DNA of 64,000 bases from an uncultured Candidatus Saccharibacteria bacterium (lineage in GTDB: Bacteria; Patescibacteriota; Minisyncoccia; Phycocordibacterales; UBA5272). The notes below the pieces were generated by a model, which did no database searches, was not told the DNA's origin, and was given only the letters and a program-made list of their open reading frames with translations. Below, one piece after another: positions 41,561 through 51,606 of the stretch (the stretch's first letter is position 1; each line of letters opens with the position of its first letter). The stretch lies in the NCBI GenBank assembly GCA_964457775.1, contig CAYWEW010000001.1, positions 17,783 to 81,782 of the forward strand, read 5' to 3'. Made by a program: the position numbers and the translations under genes.

Positions 41561-42754
41561 TTATGCAATTATCTTTGTTACCACACCGGCACCAACTGTC
41601 TTACCTCCTTCACGGATAGCAAAACGTCCTTGTTCTTCAAGAGCAATTGGAGCGAGAAGCTTAACAGTGAACTTTGCAGTATCTCCTGGCATAATCATTT
41701 CTACACCAGCCGCTAATGTAACTTCACCTGTAACGTCAGTTGTACGTACATAGAACTGTGGCTTGTAACCATTCAAGAATGGAGTGTGGCGTCCACCTTC
41801 TTCCTTCTTAAGGATGTAAACTTCACATTCAAAGTCTGTATGAGGCTTTACTGAACCTGGCTTAGCAAGAACTTGTCCACGCATAATGTCTTCCTTCTTG
41901 ATACCACGAATAAGAATACCGGCGTTATCACCTGCTTGTCCTTCTGGAAGTGACTTGTTGAACATTTCAATACCAGTAACAACTGTCTTAACAGTGTCCT
42001 TAAGACCGACAATTTCAATTTCTTCGTTAATCTTAACGATACCACGTTCAATACGTCCTGTTACCACAGTTCCACGTCCTTCGATAGTGAAAATGTCTTC
42101 TACAGGCATAAGGAATGGCTTTGTAGTATCACGCTCTGGAACTGGAATCCATGTATCAAGAGCAGTCATAAGTTCTACAATTCTTTGTGCCCAAGGATCA
42201 TTAATATCAGTAGCTTCTGATGCCTTAAGACCTGAACCACGGATAACTGGTGTATTAGCACCATCAAATCCTTGCTTTGTAAGGAGTTCACGAACTTCTT
42301 CTTCAACGAGTTCAATCATATCTGGATCATCAACCATATCACACTTGTTTAGGAAAACCACGATCTTTGGCACTCCAACCTGCTTGGCTAGGAGAATGTG
42401 TTCACGTGTTTGTGGCATAGGTCCATCAGTTGCTGCTACTACGAGAATAGCACCGTCCATTTGAGCTGCACCAGTAATCATGTTCTTAATATAGTCAGCG
42501 TGACCAGGAGCATCAATATGCGCATAGTGACGATTAGCTGTCCAATACTCTGAGTGAGAAAGAGAAATGGTAATACCACGAGCTTTTTCTTCAGGAGCCT
42601 TGTCAATTTCATCAACACCCTTTAACTTAATAGTTTGATCCATTAAGTGAAGTACGTTTAAAATACCTGATGTAAGAGTAGTCTTTCCGTGGTCAACGTG
42701 ACCGATAGTTCCTACGTTTACGTGTGGTTTTGAGCGATCAAATGTATCTGCCAT
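41561..42754 (-). CDS. tuf: Elongation factor Tu
   Basis: [26 protein letters not shown]. Confidence 0.99.
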   Translation of the reverse strand: MADTFDRSKPHVNVGTIGHVDHGKTTLTSGILNVLHLMDQTIKLKGVDEIDKAPEEKARGITISLSHSEYWTANRHYAHIDAPGHADYIKNMITGAAQMDGAILVVAATDGPMPQTREHILLAKQVGVPKIVVFLNKCDMVDDPDMIELVEEEVRELLTKQGFDGANTPVIRGSGLKASEATDINDPWAQRIVELMTALDTWIPVPERDTTKPFLMPVEDIFTIEGRGTVVTGRIERGIVKINEEIEIVGLKDTVKTVVTGIEMFNKSLPEGQAGDNAGILIRGIKKEDIMRGQVLAKPGSVKPHTDFECEVYILKKEEGGRHTPFLNGYKPQFYVRTTDVTGEVTLAAGVEMIMPGDTAKFTVKLLAPIALEEQGRFAIREGGKTVGAGVVTKIIA

Positions 42755-43039
42755 ATGTTTTTGTTGGGTCTTGTCTCATCTCTAATTTGTCGGCTAAACA
42801 ATTTTTGTTAAAATTGTCGCCCGAACATTTGTAAACAAATGTTTTAGGGAGGATATTGGACTAATTAATTATTTAAATAAAAAGAAACTGGAAACTAATA
42901 AATTACACACTACTTAGCCAAGCAAGATTTCAGTAGATGCTAAGTGAGTCTTGCAATACTATCACATTTCATGACTATTTGCAAATTATATATTCTATTG
43001 CTATTTAAGGTGTTAAATTTTTGATATACTCTATATTAT

Positions 43040-43720
43040 ATGAAGATAAACCCTGTTCCAATTATCGCAATTGATGGGACTTCCTCCTCTGGAAAAGGTA
43101 CTATTGCTTACAAACTTGCAGAATATTTTGGTTATAATTATTTAAATGCTGGTGCACTTTATCGCCTATCTGCTTATACCGCACTTGCGAATAATGTTAA
43201 CCTTTCACACAAGGAAGCGCTGATTCAAATCGCCTCTCAGCTTCGTCCACATTTTAAAGGAAAGCAAATTATTGTTGACGGAAAAGACGTGTGGCCTATC
43301 ATTTCCACCCAAGAATACGGTAATCATGCATCAGTAATAAGTCCAATTAAAGAGCTCAGAGAAGCTCTTTTTTATGCCCAAAGAAAAATGATTGCTCCCC
43401 CTGGCCTGGTCGCTGAAGGGAGAGATATGTGTAACCATGTTTTTACTGATGCAAAAGTAAAATTTTACCTTAATGCGGATGTAACGGTGCGAGCAGAACG
43501 TAGATTAATTGATGAGCAAAAGAAAGGTACAGGTAAAACACTTGAAATGATAGAAAAAGAATTAGAATTGCGTGACCATCGTGATATGACTCGTGAATTA
43601 GGAAGATTATATCCAGCAGATGATGCTTGTATTATTGATACAGGAAATAAAACAATTGAAGAAGTGTTGGAAGAATGTATTGATTGGTGCGAGGTACAAG
43701 GTATAGTCGTTAGTCGTTAG
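43040..43720 (+). CDS. cmk: Cytidylate kinase
   Basis: IAIDGTSSSGKGT, GALYR, VAEGRD, RDHRD. Confidence 0.93.
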   Translation: MKINPVPIIAIDGTSSSGKGTIAYKLAEYFGYNYLNAGALYRLSAYTALANNVNLSHKEALIQIASQLRPHFKGKQIIVDGKDVWPIISTQEYGNHASVISPIKELREALFYAQRKMIAPPGLVAEGRDMCNHVFTDAKVKFYLNADVTVRAERRLIDEQKKGTGKTLEMIEKELELRDHRDMTRELGRLYPADDACIIDTGNKTIEEVLEECIDWCEVQGIVVSR

Positions 43721-43784
43721 TCGTTAGGAAAATTATACAGAACAAAAGCGCGTCGTAGACGCGCTTTACCAAAAAAAACTGGCT

Positions 43785-44168
43785 TCACAATTTTTCTCTT
43801 TGAATCTTCTCCAAATTATTGTAATCAAGCAGATGTACACGAGCCTCAAGAACTAAAACGATCCCACTCCATAGTGTGTAGAAATTTTTCACATCAACCA
43901 CAGAAGGTTGATTTTCTTCTGGCTGTATAGCCTTAATGCGCCTTATTAAACTACGCACATCCCCAATATCAGCTCTTCCAGACCAAGCAATTGACCTTCC
44001 AGCCCAGTAGGAAATTACAGCGTTAGTGACTCCTATAGACCTTTCCGTCCAGCAAGGTAAAGCTTTGACCGATTTGAAAAGAATATCTACTCCTTCAAAA
44101 AGAGGTCTAACCATTAATGTTTCCACATCATCTGAATCAAAATCAAACAACTTTGTAGGTTTTTCCAT
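43785..44168 (-). CDS. Hypothetical orphan protein
   Basis: SD GGAGGAG before ATG 44168 (MEKPTKL...); terminator at ~43745-43768. Confidence 0.7.
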   Translation of the reverse strand: MEKPTKLFDFDSDDVETLMVRPLFEGVDILFKSVKALPCWTERSIGVTNAVISYWAGRSIAWSGRADIGDVRSLIRRIKAIQPEENQPSVVDVKNFYTLWSGIVLVLEARVHLLDYNNLEKIQREKL

Positions 44169-44247
44169 GACTCCTCCAGTATTGAACAAGCTAAATGCAA
44201 TCTAACATAGTTAATTGTAAGAGAAAAGCACGGCCTGCGGCCGTGCT

Positions 44248-44772
44248 TTAAAGAACTTCATCTAAAACTTTTATTTCTGGTTCAACTTTTTTGCCAAGCA
44301 ATTTCACTTCATAAACATTCCTTTCCCCTTTGAACATTTTTTCAAAGATGTGTTTGTCGGCAGGCATCATTTCATTATATGGAATAGTTTCCACACTAAA
44401 AAATGTTGGTGCCCCCATTTCTTCACCTTCTACTGGTTCACTTAACCATTTTTTAAGAAAGAAAAAAGAAACGTCCATAAATGGTTCAAAACTTCCGTCA
44501 TCTTTCTTTGTATAAAAATAAACTCGCGCAACAATTTCCAAATCTTTTTTACTTGCAGTAACCCCTGATTCATCTAGTAACTCACGAATAGCAGTATCAA
44601 AGATGTTTGTATCTCCTTCTTCCATCTTTCCACCATATCCGTTATATGTTCCTAGACTATACCCGATGGAACCATTTTCATGATGTATTGCCTGCTTTTT
44701 ACGAGCGAGACAAATATTTCCAACACCATCAATTAAAAGAACGACAGTTGCTTTTTTCGTGGGTTTTTCCAT
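44248..44772 (-). CDS. NUDIX hydrolase (MutT-like)
   Basis: NGYGGKMEEGD...AIRELLDESG Nudix box, IPYNEMMPAD. Confidence 0.88.
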   Translation of the reverse strand: MEKPTKKATVVLLIDGVGNICLARKKQAIHHENGSIGYSLGTYNGYGGKMEEGDTNIFDTAIRELLDESGVTASKKDLEIVARVYFYTKKDDGSFEPFMDVSFFFLKKWLSEPVEGEEMGAPTFFSVETIPYNEMMPADKHIFEKMFKGERNVYEVKLLGKKVEPEIKVLDEVL

Positions 44773-44804
44773 GATGATTCTCCTGTAAAGTTCAACTATT
44801 AAAA

Positions 44805-45380
44805 CTATATACTTTTATTAAAATTTGTAAACTTTTTACTAATAATAACTATTACTATCAAAAAGCCAAATAATACTGCAGACATGAGTGGGAATGTAAC
44901 AAATCCGAATTCTATGAATGATGGCTTTGAACAATCAACGGCGAATGGGGCAGTTGAGCATGGCGCAAGTACATTATAACCAATTTGTAAAATGTGATGG
45001 TCTATAGCGATAATAAGCCCAACCGCGGAGAGTAATAATGAGTAAGGGAGAATATTTCTGTCTTTTTTGTACCATGCAAAACCAAATAAAAATATTTGTG
45101 AGTACAAAAATATTCTTTGATACCAACATAAACTACACGGAGCATAGAAAAGATAATCAGAATAAAAAAGTGACATCAGTGTCCCCCACAATGTCGCAAA
45201 AAATCCGAGAGGTAGAACGTTTTCAGAAATAAATTTCAGTAACTTTGGCTCCCGCCTATCCTCTCTAAAGTAAATTGCAAACGAAATATAACAAACGAGA
45301 AGCAACAGCGCTCCACCACCTATAATTGTTGCGATGGATAAATAGTGATTCAAAAATGAGGCAATAGTTTCTTTGTTCAT
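44805..45380 (-). CDS. dsbB: Disulfide bond formation protein B (DsbB/BdbC family)
   Basis: PCSLCWYQRIF, second Cys pair, FGFVTFP. Confidence 0.88.
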   Translation of the reverse strand: MNKETIASFLNHYLSIATIIGGGALLLLVCYISFAIYFREDRREPKLLKFISENVLPLGFFATLWGTLMSLFYSDYLFYAPCSLCWYQRIFLYSQIFLFGFAWYKKDRNILPYSLLLSAVGLIIAIDHHILQIGYNVLAPCSTAPFAVDCSKPSFIEFGFVTFPLMSAVLFGFLIVIVIISKKFTNFNKSI

Positions 45381-45470
45381 AATTACATTCTATCAAATTA
45401 CAAACTAAAAGCACGGCACCGTAGGTGTCGTACTTTCTATGTATCTTGAATGTATCCCCTAAAAAGTCAG

Positions 45471-45574
45471 AAATTGAATGAAATGCGCGAAGCGAGGATA
45501 TTTTTATGAGAAGACATACTTACGCGTACGGCGACTCGTAAAAATATTATCGCGACAAAGCAGTTCGTCAATTT
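45471..45574. repeat. Palindromic structured element, copy 2
   Basis: GCGCGAAGCG...GAAGACATAC-TTACGC-GTACGGCGACT...GCGACAAAGCA; abuts the secF stop. Confidence 0.85.
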
Positions 45575-46448
45575 ATAACTTTTTACCATTCCAGACGGTA
45601 AGGAGAGGAGAAGCCACAAATATCGATGAGTAAGTCCCCACAAACATACCGATAATAAGTGTAAGCGTAAACCACTTTGTCATAACTGGACCAAAGAAGA
45701 ATAGGGCAAGCAAAGCTAAAATAACAGTTACTGAAGTATTAATAGAACGTGTAAATGTTTGCATAAGACTCGCACCAACTATTTCATCGAATGATTGCTT
45801 CTTGCCTGATAACTTCAAATTCTCACGAATTCTATCGAACACCACAATCTTATCTGAAATAGAAATACCAATAATAGTAAGAAGAGCAATTACAAAAAGT
45901 GTATCTACTTCAGCACCATACTTATGTGAAAGAATCACATACACACCAGTTGGAACAATTATGTCGTGAATAAGTGTAACCATTGCTATTACACCATATT
46001 TCCATGATTGAACTGGGAGTGAAACTTCACGGAAAGAGAAAGCGATGAAAGCAAGAATAGCAAGAACCACAACAATAAGAGCAATGATTGCCTTCTTAGT
46101 CATCTCAGCACCGAGTGTTGGACCGACTGTGTTCACTTGAGTAAATTCAAAAGGGGTAGCATTGTTTACGTTTGCAAGTTTTGTAATTACTGGACCAATT
46201 TCTTCATATGTTTTTGAAGAAATAAAACGATAAGTTAATTCCCCTGTTTTATATAATGCTATACCTTCTTGCTCAAAAACTTCTTCTATAAGTTCTGCAG
46301 ATTGAGTACTATAAGTAATATCAATAACTGAACCTCCAGTAAAATCAATACCTTGCTTGATGCCGTATGTGCTAATAAGAAGTAAGGAAGCGACAACTAG
46401 TGTTATTGATAATCCAATAAAGAATATTTTGTGTTTAATTATTTGCAT
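45573..46448 (-). CDS. secF: Protein translocase subunit SecF
   Basis: GIDFTGGS, VGPTLG, IVVFDRIREN, GTYSSIFVA. Confidence 0.97.
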   Translation of the reverse strand: MQIIKHKIFFIGLSITLVVASLLLISTYGIKQGIDFTGGSVIDITYSTQSAELIEEVFEQEGIALYKTGELTYRFISSKTYEEIGPVITKLANVNNATPFEFTQVNTVGPTLGAEMTKKAIIALIVVVLAILAFIAFSFREVSLPVQSWKYGVIAMVTLIHDIIVPTGVYVILSHKYGAEVDTLFVIALLTIIGISISDKIVVFDRIRENLKLSGKKQSFDEIVGASLMQTFTRSINTSVTVILALLALFFFGPVMTKWFTLTLIIGMFVGTYSSIFVASPLLTVWNGKKL

Positions 46449-46467
46449 AAATTTTATGTTAAAGAAA

Positions 46468-47754
46468 TTATTTACTAGAAAATCCAGAACTGAATAAGAA
46501 TTTCATCAATCGACTACTTGATTTATTTGCAATCGCTCTCATGAATACACGAGTAACCAGTTGAGCAGAAATAAGGGAGACTACTGCACCTAAGAAGAAA
46601 GTGAAGGCAAAGCCTTTCACAACAGATGTTCCCATCCAGAAAAGAATTACTGATACGATGATAGCTGCAATATGTGAATCACGAATAGATGTCCAAGCTC
46701 TTGCGAACCCTAGTTCTACAGCATCGAACAATCCCTTACCTCCACGTATTTCTTCTTTCATGCGTTCAAATGTAAGCACATTCGCATCCACCGCGAGCCC
46801 AACAGAAATAATGAATCCAGCAATACCAGCTGAAGTCAGAGTTACTGGAATAAATTTAAAGAGTGCAAGCATAATCGCACTGTAGGCCACAAGACCAAGT
46901 GATGCCATTATTCCTGGAAGACGATACCAGACTATCATGAAGATAACAACGAGAATAAATCCAATTATTCCTGCCCTAACTCCTGCATTCACCGCTGACG
47001 TTCCTAGTGTTGGTCCAACAACATTTGTTCCAGAAAGTATAACGGGGAGAGGAAGAGCTCCTGCGTTTAAGCGCCCAACGAGCGTTCGCGCTTCATCGAT
47101 TGTAAAATTCCCGGAAATAACTGCCTTACCCCCTGTGATTTCTTCATTTACTACTGGTGCAGAAATTGGAAGACCGTCTAAGAATATCGCAACTTGCTTC
47201 CCGATATTTGCTTTTGTAATTTGAGCGAAAAGTTTTGCCCCTTCATCGTCAAAAATAAGTTCCACTTTTGGTTTGTTAGTTGTTTGATCAAACACGAGTC
47301 CAGCACGATCTAAGTAACGACCAGTAAGTGCTGATAATTCATAACCATTTATAAAATCAATTGACGAAGTTGACTCTTTTGTTCCTGGTTTAATTGTACG
47401 AAAGTCTAGCACTGGCGTCTCCCCAATCATCTTTTCTGCAGCGGCTACATCAGTTACACCTGGTAATTCAACAATCAATCTCCATTCGGAAGCTAAGCGT
47501 GAATACTGTGTTGTAACTGTCGGTTCACGTACACCGAAGAGATTCACACGACGCTCAACCACATCACGAAGTGATGCGACAGACGCTGATACATCCGCAT
47601 CTTTTGGTAATGAACTTATATCAATTTTGTAAGTAAGTGCAGAACCCCCTGCCAAATCAAGACCTAAAACAAAGTCTTTTCCACCATTTATTAAAAAATA
47701 CCCCAATGCAATCGTTGCAATCACCACCCATACTGCTTTAATTTTATGCTTCAT
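46468..47754 (-). CDS. secD: Protein translocase subunit SecD
   Basis: LGLDLAGG, IVELPGV, AVDANVLTFER. Confidence 0.97.
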   Translation of the reverse strand: MKHKIKAVWVVIATIALGYFLINGGKDFVLGLDLAGGSALTYKIDISSLPKDADVSASVASLRDVVERRVNLFGVREPTVTTQYSRLASEWRLIVELPGVTDVAAAEKMIGETPVLDFRTIKPGTKESTSSIDFINGYELSALTGRYLDRAGLVFDQTTNKPKVELIFDDEGAKLFAQITKANIGKQVAIFLDGLPISAPVVNEEITGGKAVISGNFTIDEARTLVGRLNAGALPLPVILSGTNVVGPTLGTSAVNAGVRAGIIGFILVVIFMIVWYRLPGIMASLGLVAYSAIMLALFKFIPVTLTSAGIAGFIISVGLAVDANVLTFERMKEEIRGGKGLFDAVELGFARAWTSIRDSHIAAIIVSVILFWMGTSVVKGFAFTFFLGAVVSLISAQLVTRVFMRAIANKSSSRLMKFLFSSGFSSK

Positions 47755-47846
47755 AATCTGACGATTATATCATAAAGGTATTAGTTAGACACTAGTTGCG
47801 TTTATTAAGTAATATATAATACATGATGCCGTGATATACTTTTATT

Positions 47847-48212
47847 ATGTTTAATTTTTGGCCATATTTATTAAGACTTGCCGTTGCTTTCTATTTTATT
47901 TACCCTCACGGGCAAGCACTAATGTTGGGGGTAAAGAAGGTTGGGGTCGCTGCTTTTACTTGTATTAATGAATACATTCCGACGACTATTGCTTTTACTA
48001 TTTGGCATGCATGTTTTGTTTTACTGGGAATTCTTATCCTTATTTGGCCAAGACCAATACTACCACTTCTGGTAGCTCTTATTATTCTTTCTAGTCAGTT
48101 ATACATTAACTTCGCAATGCATGGATACGCCACAAACAGCATGCTGTTATTTATTCTACTTCTTGTATCTCTTGCCCTTATAATTTATCATTCTCGTCCA
48201 CAGTTTCGTTAA
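47847..48212 (+). CDS. Small multi-TM membrane protein (DoxX-like)
   Basis: LLRLAVAFYFIYPHG start; four hydrophobic segments. Confidence 0.6.
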   Translation: MFNFWPYLLRLAVAFYFIYPHGQALMLGVKKVGVAAFTCINEYIPTTIAFTIWHACFVLLGILILIWPRPILPLLVALIILSSQLYINFAMHGYATNSMLLFILLLVSLALIIYHSRPQFR

Positions 48213-48252
48213 ACAGCTACTTACATTGAATTGTGATTGCAAATAAATAAAA

Positions 48253-50421
48253 ATGACTTCGTACAATCTCACATCTTCAATTTCCTCAATTGCTCGAATA
48301 AATCCTGACCATCAAGAAGGGTTAAAGCGACTACATATAGAAAACATAAGTGATTTACTTTATCATTTCCCTACTCGTTATGCAGATATACGCGAAGAAG
48401 CTCATGTTGTAAATATAAAAAAGGGAGACCAGGTTACTATTTATGGTGTCATGGAAAAAGTCACTATCAAAAGAAGTTTCAGAGGACATATGCCAATGAC
48501 AGAAGCAAGAGTTGCAGATGATACTGGAATAATAAAATGCATTTGGTTTAATCAAGCATATATTGGCAAGATGTATCCTGACGGAACCAAGGTAAAAGTT
48601 GCGGGGGTGGTTAATGAAGATAGCCGTGGAGTATTCCTTTCTAATCCAACAATAGAACGACTAGTTGCACTACCTGAACACAGTGACTCACTTTTCGCAT
48701 CCACTGTTGCTCCAGAATTTCTTACACCTATATATAGAGAAACAAAGGGTGTCTCATCTTTATATCTTTACACACTCATCAAGAAAGCTATTTCAGGTGG
48801 AGTACTCGATAATGTCACTGACCCTATTCCATCACATATAACCAAAAAACTTCACCTTCCAGAATTAAAAGATGCGCTTCTTTATATTCACTTTCCAAAG
48901 AACGAAGCCTTAACTGTGGCTGCTCGTAAAAGATTCGCTTTTGAAGAAATATTTTATCTTCAACTAAAACAATATAAAGAAAAAGTTGAAGCCAAACATT
49001 CTCTTGCTTATCCCATAACTATCGACAACAAAGAAATTGATAAGTTCATCAAATCCTTCCCCTTTACTCCAACTAAGGCCCAATTAGATGCCATAGAATC
49101 AATTTTAAAAGACGTTTCAAGAAAAGAACCAATGGGAAGACTGCTTGAAGGTGACGTTGGTAGTGGTAAGACTTTTGTTGCTGCGGTTGTGTCGCATGCC
49201 ATACTACAAAATAGAGTTGGAAAATCTGGAACAAATCTTCAAATTGCATATATGGCCCCAACTGAAATTTTGGCCAAGCAACACTTCGAAAGTTTTATTA
49301 GTTATTTTAAAGGAACTGGAATTGAAATTGGGTTGTTAACCAGCGCTGGTTGTTCGAAGTTCCCAAGTAAAACTGACAAAACGTCCCACACTACTATTTC
49401 CCGTGCACAATTACTTAAATGGTTAGCTGATGGCAGAGTATCAATTGTTATAGGAACACATTCACTTATTCAAAAAACAATACAATTTTCTAATCTCGCA
49501 TTAATTATTATTGATGAACAACATCGCTTCGGAGTAAAACAACGAAAACTTCTAGCTTCTAAAAAAGGTGAAGTCAGAAAAGAACTCCCTCACCTACTAT
49601 CGATGACTGCTACCCCGATTCCACGAACACTAGCTCTCACTATCTTCGGAGACCTAGACCTCACTGTAATTGACACAATGCCAAAGGAACGCAAAAAAAT
49701 TATTACTGAAATAATAAAAAGTAAAGACAGGACTGAAACCTATGAGAAAATTCGTAAAGAATTAGAAGCTGGACGACAAGTCTATGTAATATGTCCACGT
49801 ATAGATGAACAAGATGAGGAAGAAGCTCAAAAAAGAACTTTAAAAAGTGTGAAGGAGGAAGCGAAAAGATTATCAGAAATTATTTTCCCAGAATTTATTG
49901 TTGATATCTTGCACAGCAAAATGAAAAAAGAAGAGAAGGAAGAAGTTATGCAAGATTTCTTGGATAAAAAATCTGACATATTAGTTGCTACTTCAGTTAT
50001 CGAAGTTGGTATCAATGTACCGAATGCAACGGTGATTGTTATAGAACACGCTGATAGATTCGGACTCGCACAACTTCACCAACTTCGTGGTCGTGTCGGA
50101 CGACGAGAGTACCAATCCTATTGTTATCTGTTTACTGAGAGCGTTGGCGAGATAACACAAACACGACTGAAGGCACTAGTTAATGCAAAGAATGGGTTCG
50201 AGCTTGCAGAAGCAGATATGATGGCACGTGGCATAGGAATGCTTATGGATGGAAAACAGTGGGGAATTAGTGATCTTGCAATGGAAGCTATTAAGAATCC
50301 GAAGTTAGTTGAGATAGCACGTGATGAAGCGCGCGAGTTACTCGATAATGACGGAACATTAGAAAATTATCCCGACCTAGCAGAAATAATTAAAAGTCGC
50401 GAAACTGTTCACATGGAATAA
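48253..50421 (+). CDS. recG: ATP-dependent DNA helicase RecG
   Basis: RLLEGDVGSGKT, IDEQHRFGV, MTATPIPRTL, FGLAQLHQLRGRVGR. Confidence 0.97.
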   Translation: MTSYNLTSSISSIARINPDHQEGLKRLHIENISDLLYHFPTRYADIREEAHVVNIKKGDQVTIYGVMEKVTIKRSFRGHMPMTEARVADDTGIIKCIWFNQAYIGKMYPDGTKVKVAGVVNEDSRGVFLSNPTIERLVALPEHSDSLFASTVAPEFLTPIYRETKGVSSLYLYTLIKKAISGGVLDNVTDPIPSHITKKLHLPELKDALLYIHFPKNEALTVAARKRFAFEEIFYLQLKQYKEKVEAKHSLAYPITIDNKEIDKFIKSFPFTPTKAQLDAIESILKDVSRKEPMGRLLEGDVGSGKTFVAAVVSHAILQNRVGKSGTNLQIAYMAPTEILAKQHFESFISYFKGTGIEIGLLTSAGCSKFPSKTDKTSHTTISRAQLLKWLADGRVSIVIGTHSLIQKTIQFSNLALIIIDEQHRFGVKQRKLLASKKGEVRKELPHLLSMTATPIPRTLALTIFGDLDLTVIDTMPKERKKIITEIIKSKDRTETYEKIRKELEAGRQVYVICPRIDEQDEEEAQKRTLKSVKEEAKRLSEIIFPEFIVDILHSKMKKEEKEEVMQDFLDKKSDILVATSVIEVGINVPNATVIVIEHADRFGLAQLHQLRGRVGRREYQSYCYLFTESVGEITQTRLKALVNAKNGFELAEADMMARGIGMLMDGKQWGISDLAMEAIKNPKLVEIARDEARELLDNDGTLENYPDLAEIIKSRETVHME

Positions 50422-50467
50422 TTGAGGTGGAAATTTTCCATTATTTTTGATATAGTTTAGAGCAATT

Positions 50468-50540
50468 GCATCCGTAGCTCAGTTGGTAGAGCCGTCGTCT
50501 TATACACGACTGGTCCCTGGTTCGAGTCCAGGCGGATGCA
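50468..50540 (+). tRNA. tRNA with UAU anticodon (tRNA-Ile(UAU))
   Basis: Cloverleaf with GCATCCG/CGGATGC acceptor, anticodon arm GTCGT-CTTATAC-ACGAC, T-loop GGTTCGAGTCC, A73. Confidence 0.9.
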
Positions 50541-50766
50541 CAAAAGAACGAAGTGAATTTTGTGCATCCGAAGAAACACAACTGCTTGTGTTTCGTCTGG
50601 ACGAGAAAGCCACAAGCATATTTTGCTAGCAAGCAAAATGCTATACCTAAAAGGTCATTCTGTTGAATGAGGAGTGACTGATTAGAAAATCATGTCGTGA
50701 GACCAAAGCAAAAATTTTTGTGACAACAAAAATTTATTTGTAGGAGAGTCCAGGCGGATGCACAAA
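50541..50766 (+). repeat. tRNA 3'-associated structured element (tRNA-Ile copy)
   Basis: TTTTGTGCATCCG antisense to the acceptor, AACTGCTT hairpin, CTGGACGAGAA near-antisense to the T-arm, 21-bp direct repeat GAGTCCAGGCGGATGCACAAA at 50746-50766. Confidence 0.85.
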
Positions 50767-50866
50767 TTACGCACCTGTTCACAACTAGTATTTACTTACT
50801 TTTTTGTGGGTGTACCATTAAGTTAGGCTCTTTAAAGTAAGACTGTTCAAAAAAGGAGGAATCACC

Positions 50867-51094
50867 ATGAATGCAATAGATTCAGTTTCAAATGTATCAC
50901 GACTGCAACCTCAATCCGGAGTTGCAAATGAACCCAAAGCGTCTGCAGTTAAGACAAGAGAAGAAGCTCCGCCTTCATCTGTTGTTCATCTCAGCAGAAA
51001 AATAGAACCTGACACAGATGTCGGATACGGGCATTTGTCAGACAGGAAAAATGCTGGGCGGTCACCATACCCAGCTGATGTTCTGAAATCGTAA
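50867..51094 (+). CDS. Small hypothetical orphan protein
   Basis: GCTCTTTAA boxA-like motif, SD AAGGAGG, terminator at 51115-51140. Confidence 0.65.
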   Translation: MNAIDSVSNVSRLQPQSGVANEPKASAVKTREEAPPSSVVHLSRKIEPDTDVGYGHLSDRKNAGRSPYPADVLKS

Positions 51095-51214
51095 CTACGC
51101 TACGATTCAAACATAAAAGGCGACCTTGTGGTCGCCTTTTTGTATTGAGCACAACACAAATAAAATATGATAGTATTCATTTAGAAAGTCCTATCTTAAT
51201 TACGAGGAGTTAAA

Positions 51215-51529
51215 ATGAGTAGAGAAGAATACACTTTTATTGGTGGGATGATTGCTGGTCAACACTGTATGGTTTTGAATCCAAGGCACCCATCATGGAC
51301 AAAAGAAGAGGATGACCGTTATCGAAGAGATTTTTTAAGTGAAATTTATATGGATACATCTATAAGTGAATTTCGTCACGGTTGTCGTACCAATCTCGGT
51401 CGTTATAATGGTCGAGACATAGAAAGACTTTCTCTTCCTGATGTGTTGCAATTATGTTTTCCAGAAACACCAGAAGAAGCAATGCTTGCGTTTTCTATCT
51501 CAAACTTTTGGGTTGGGAGAGTTTTGTAA
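51215..51529 (+). CDS. Hypothetical orphan protein
   Basis: SD GAGGAG; terminator at ~51541-51569. Confidence 0.65.
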   Translation: MSREEYTFIGGMIAGQHCMVLNPRHPSWTKEEDDRYRRDFLSEIYMDTSISEFRHGCRTNLGRYNGRDIERLSLPDVLQLCFPETPEEAMLAFSISNFWVGRVL

Positions 51530-51606
51530 ATCATTCACCAAAAAAAGGCAATCGCAAGATTGCCTTTTTGTATTTTAACTACACACTACCAACTACGTAC
51601 TATTCT

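Noticed and set aside
50524-50766. Prophage/ICE attL-attR pair at tRNA-Ile
   Set aside because: The repeats are only ~200 bp apart with no integrase or cargo; reported instead as a tRNA-associated element.
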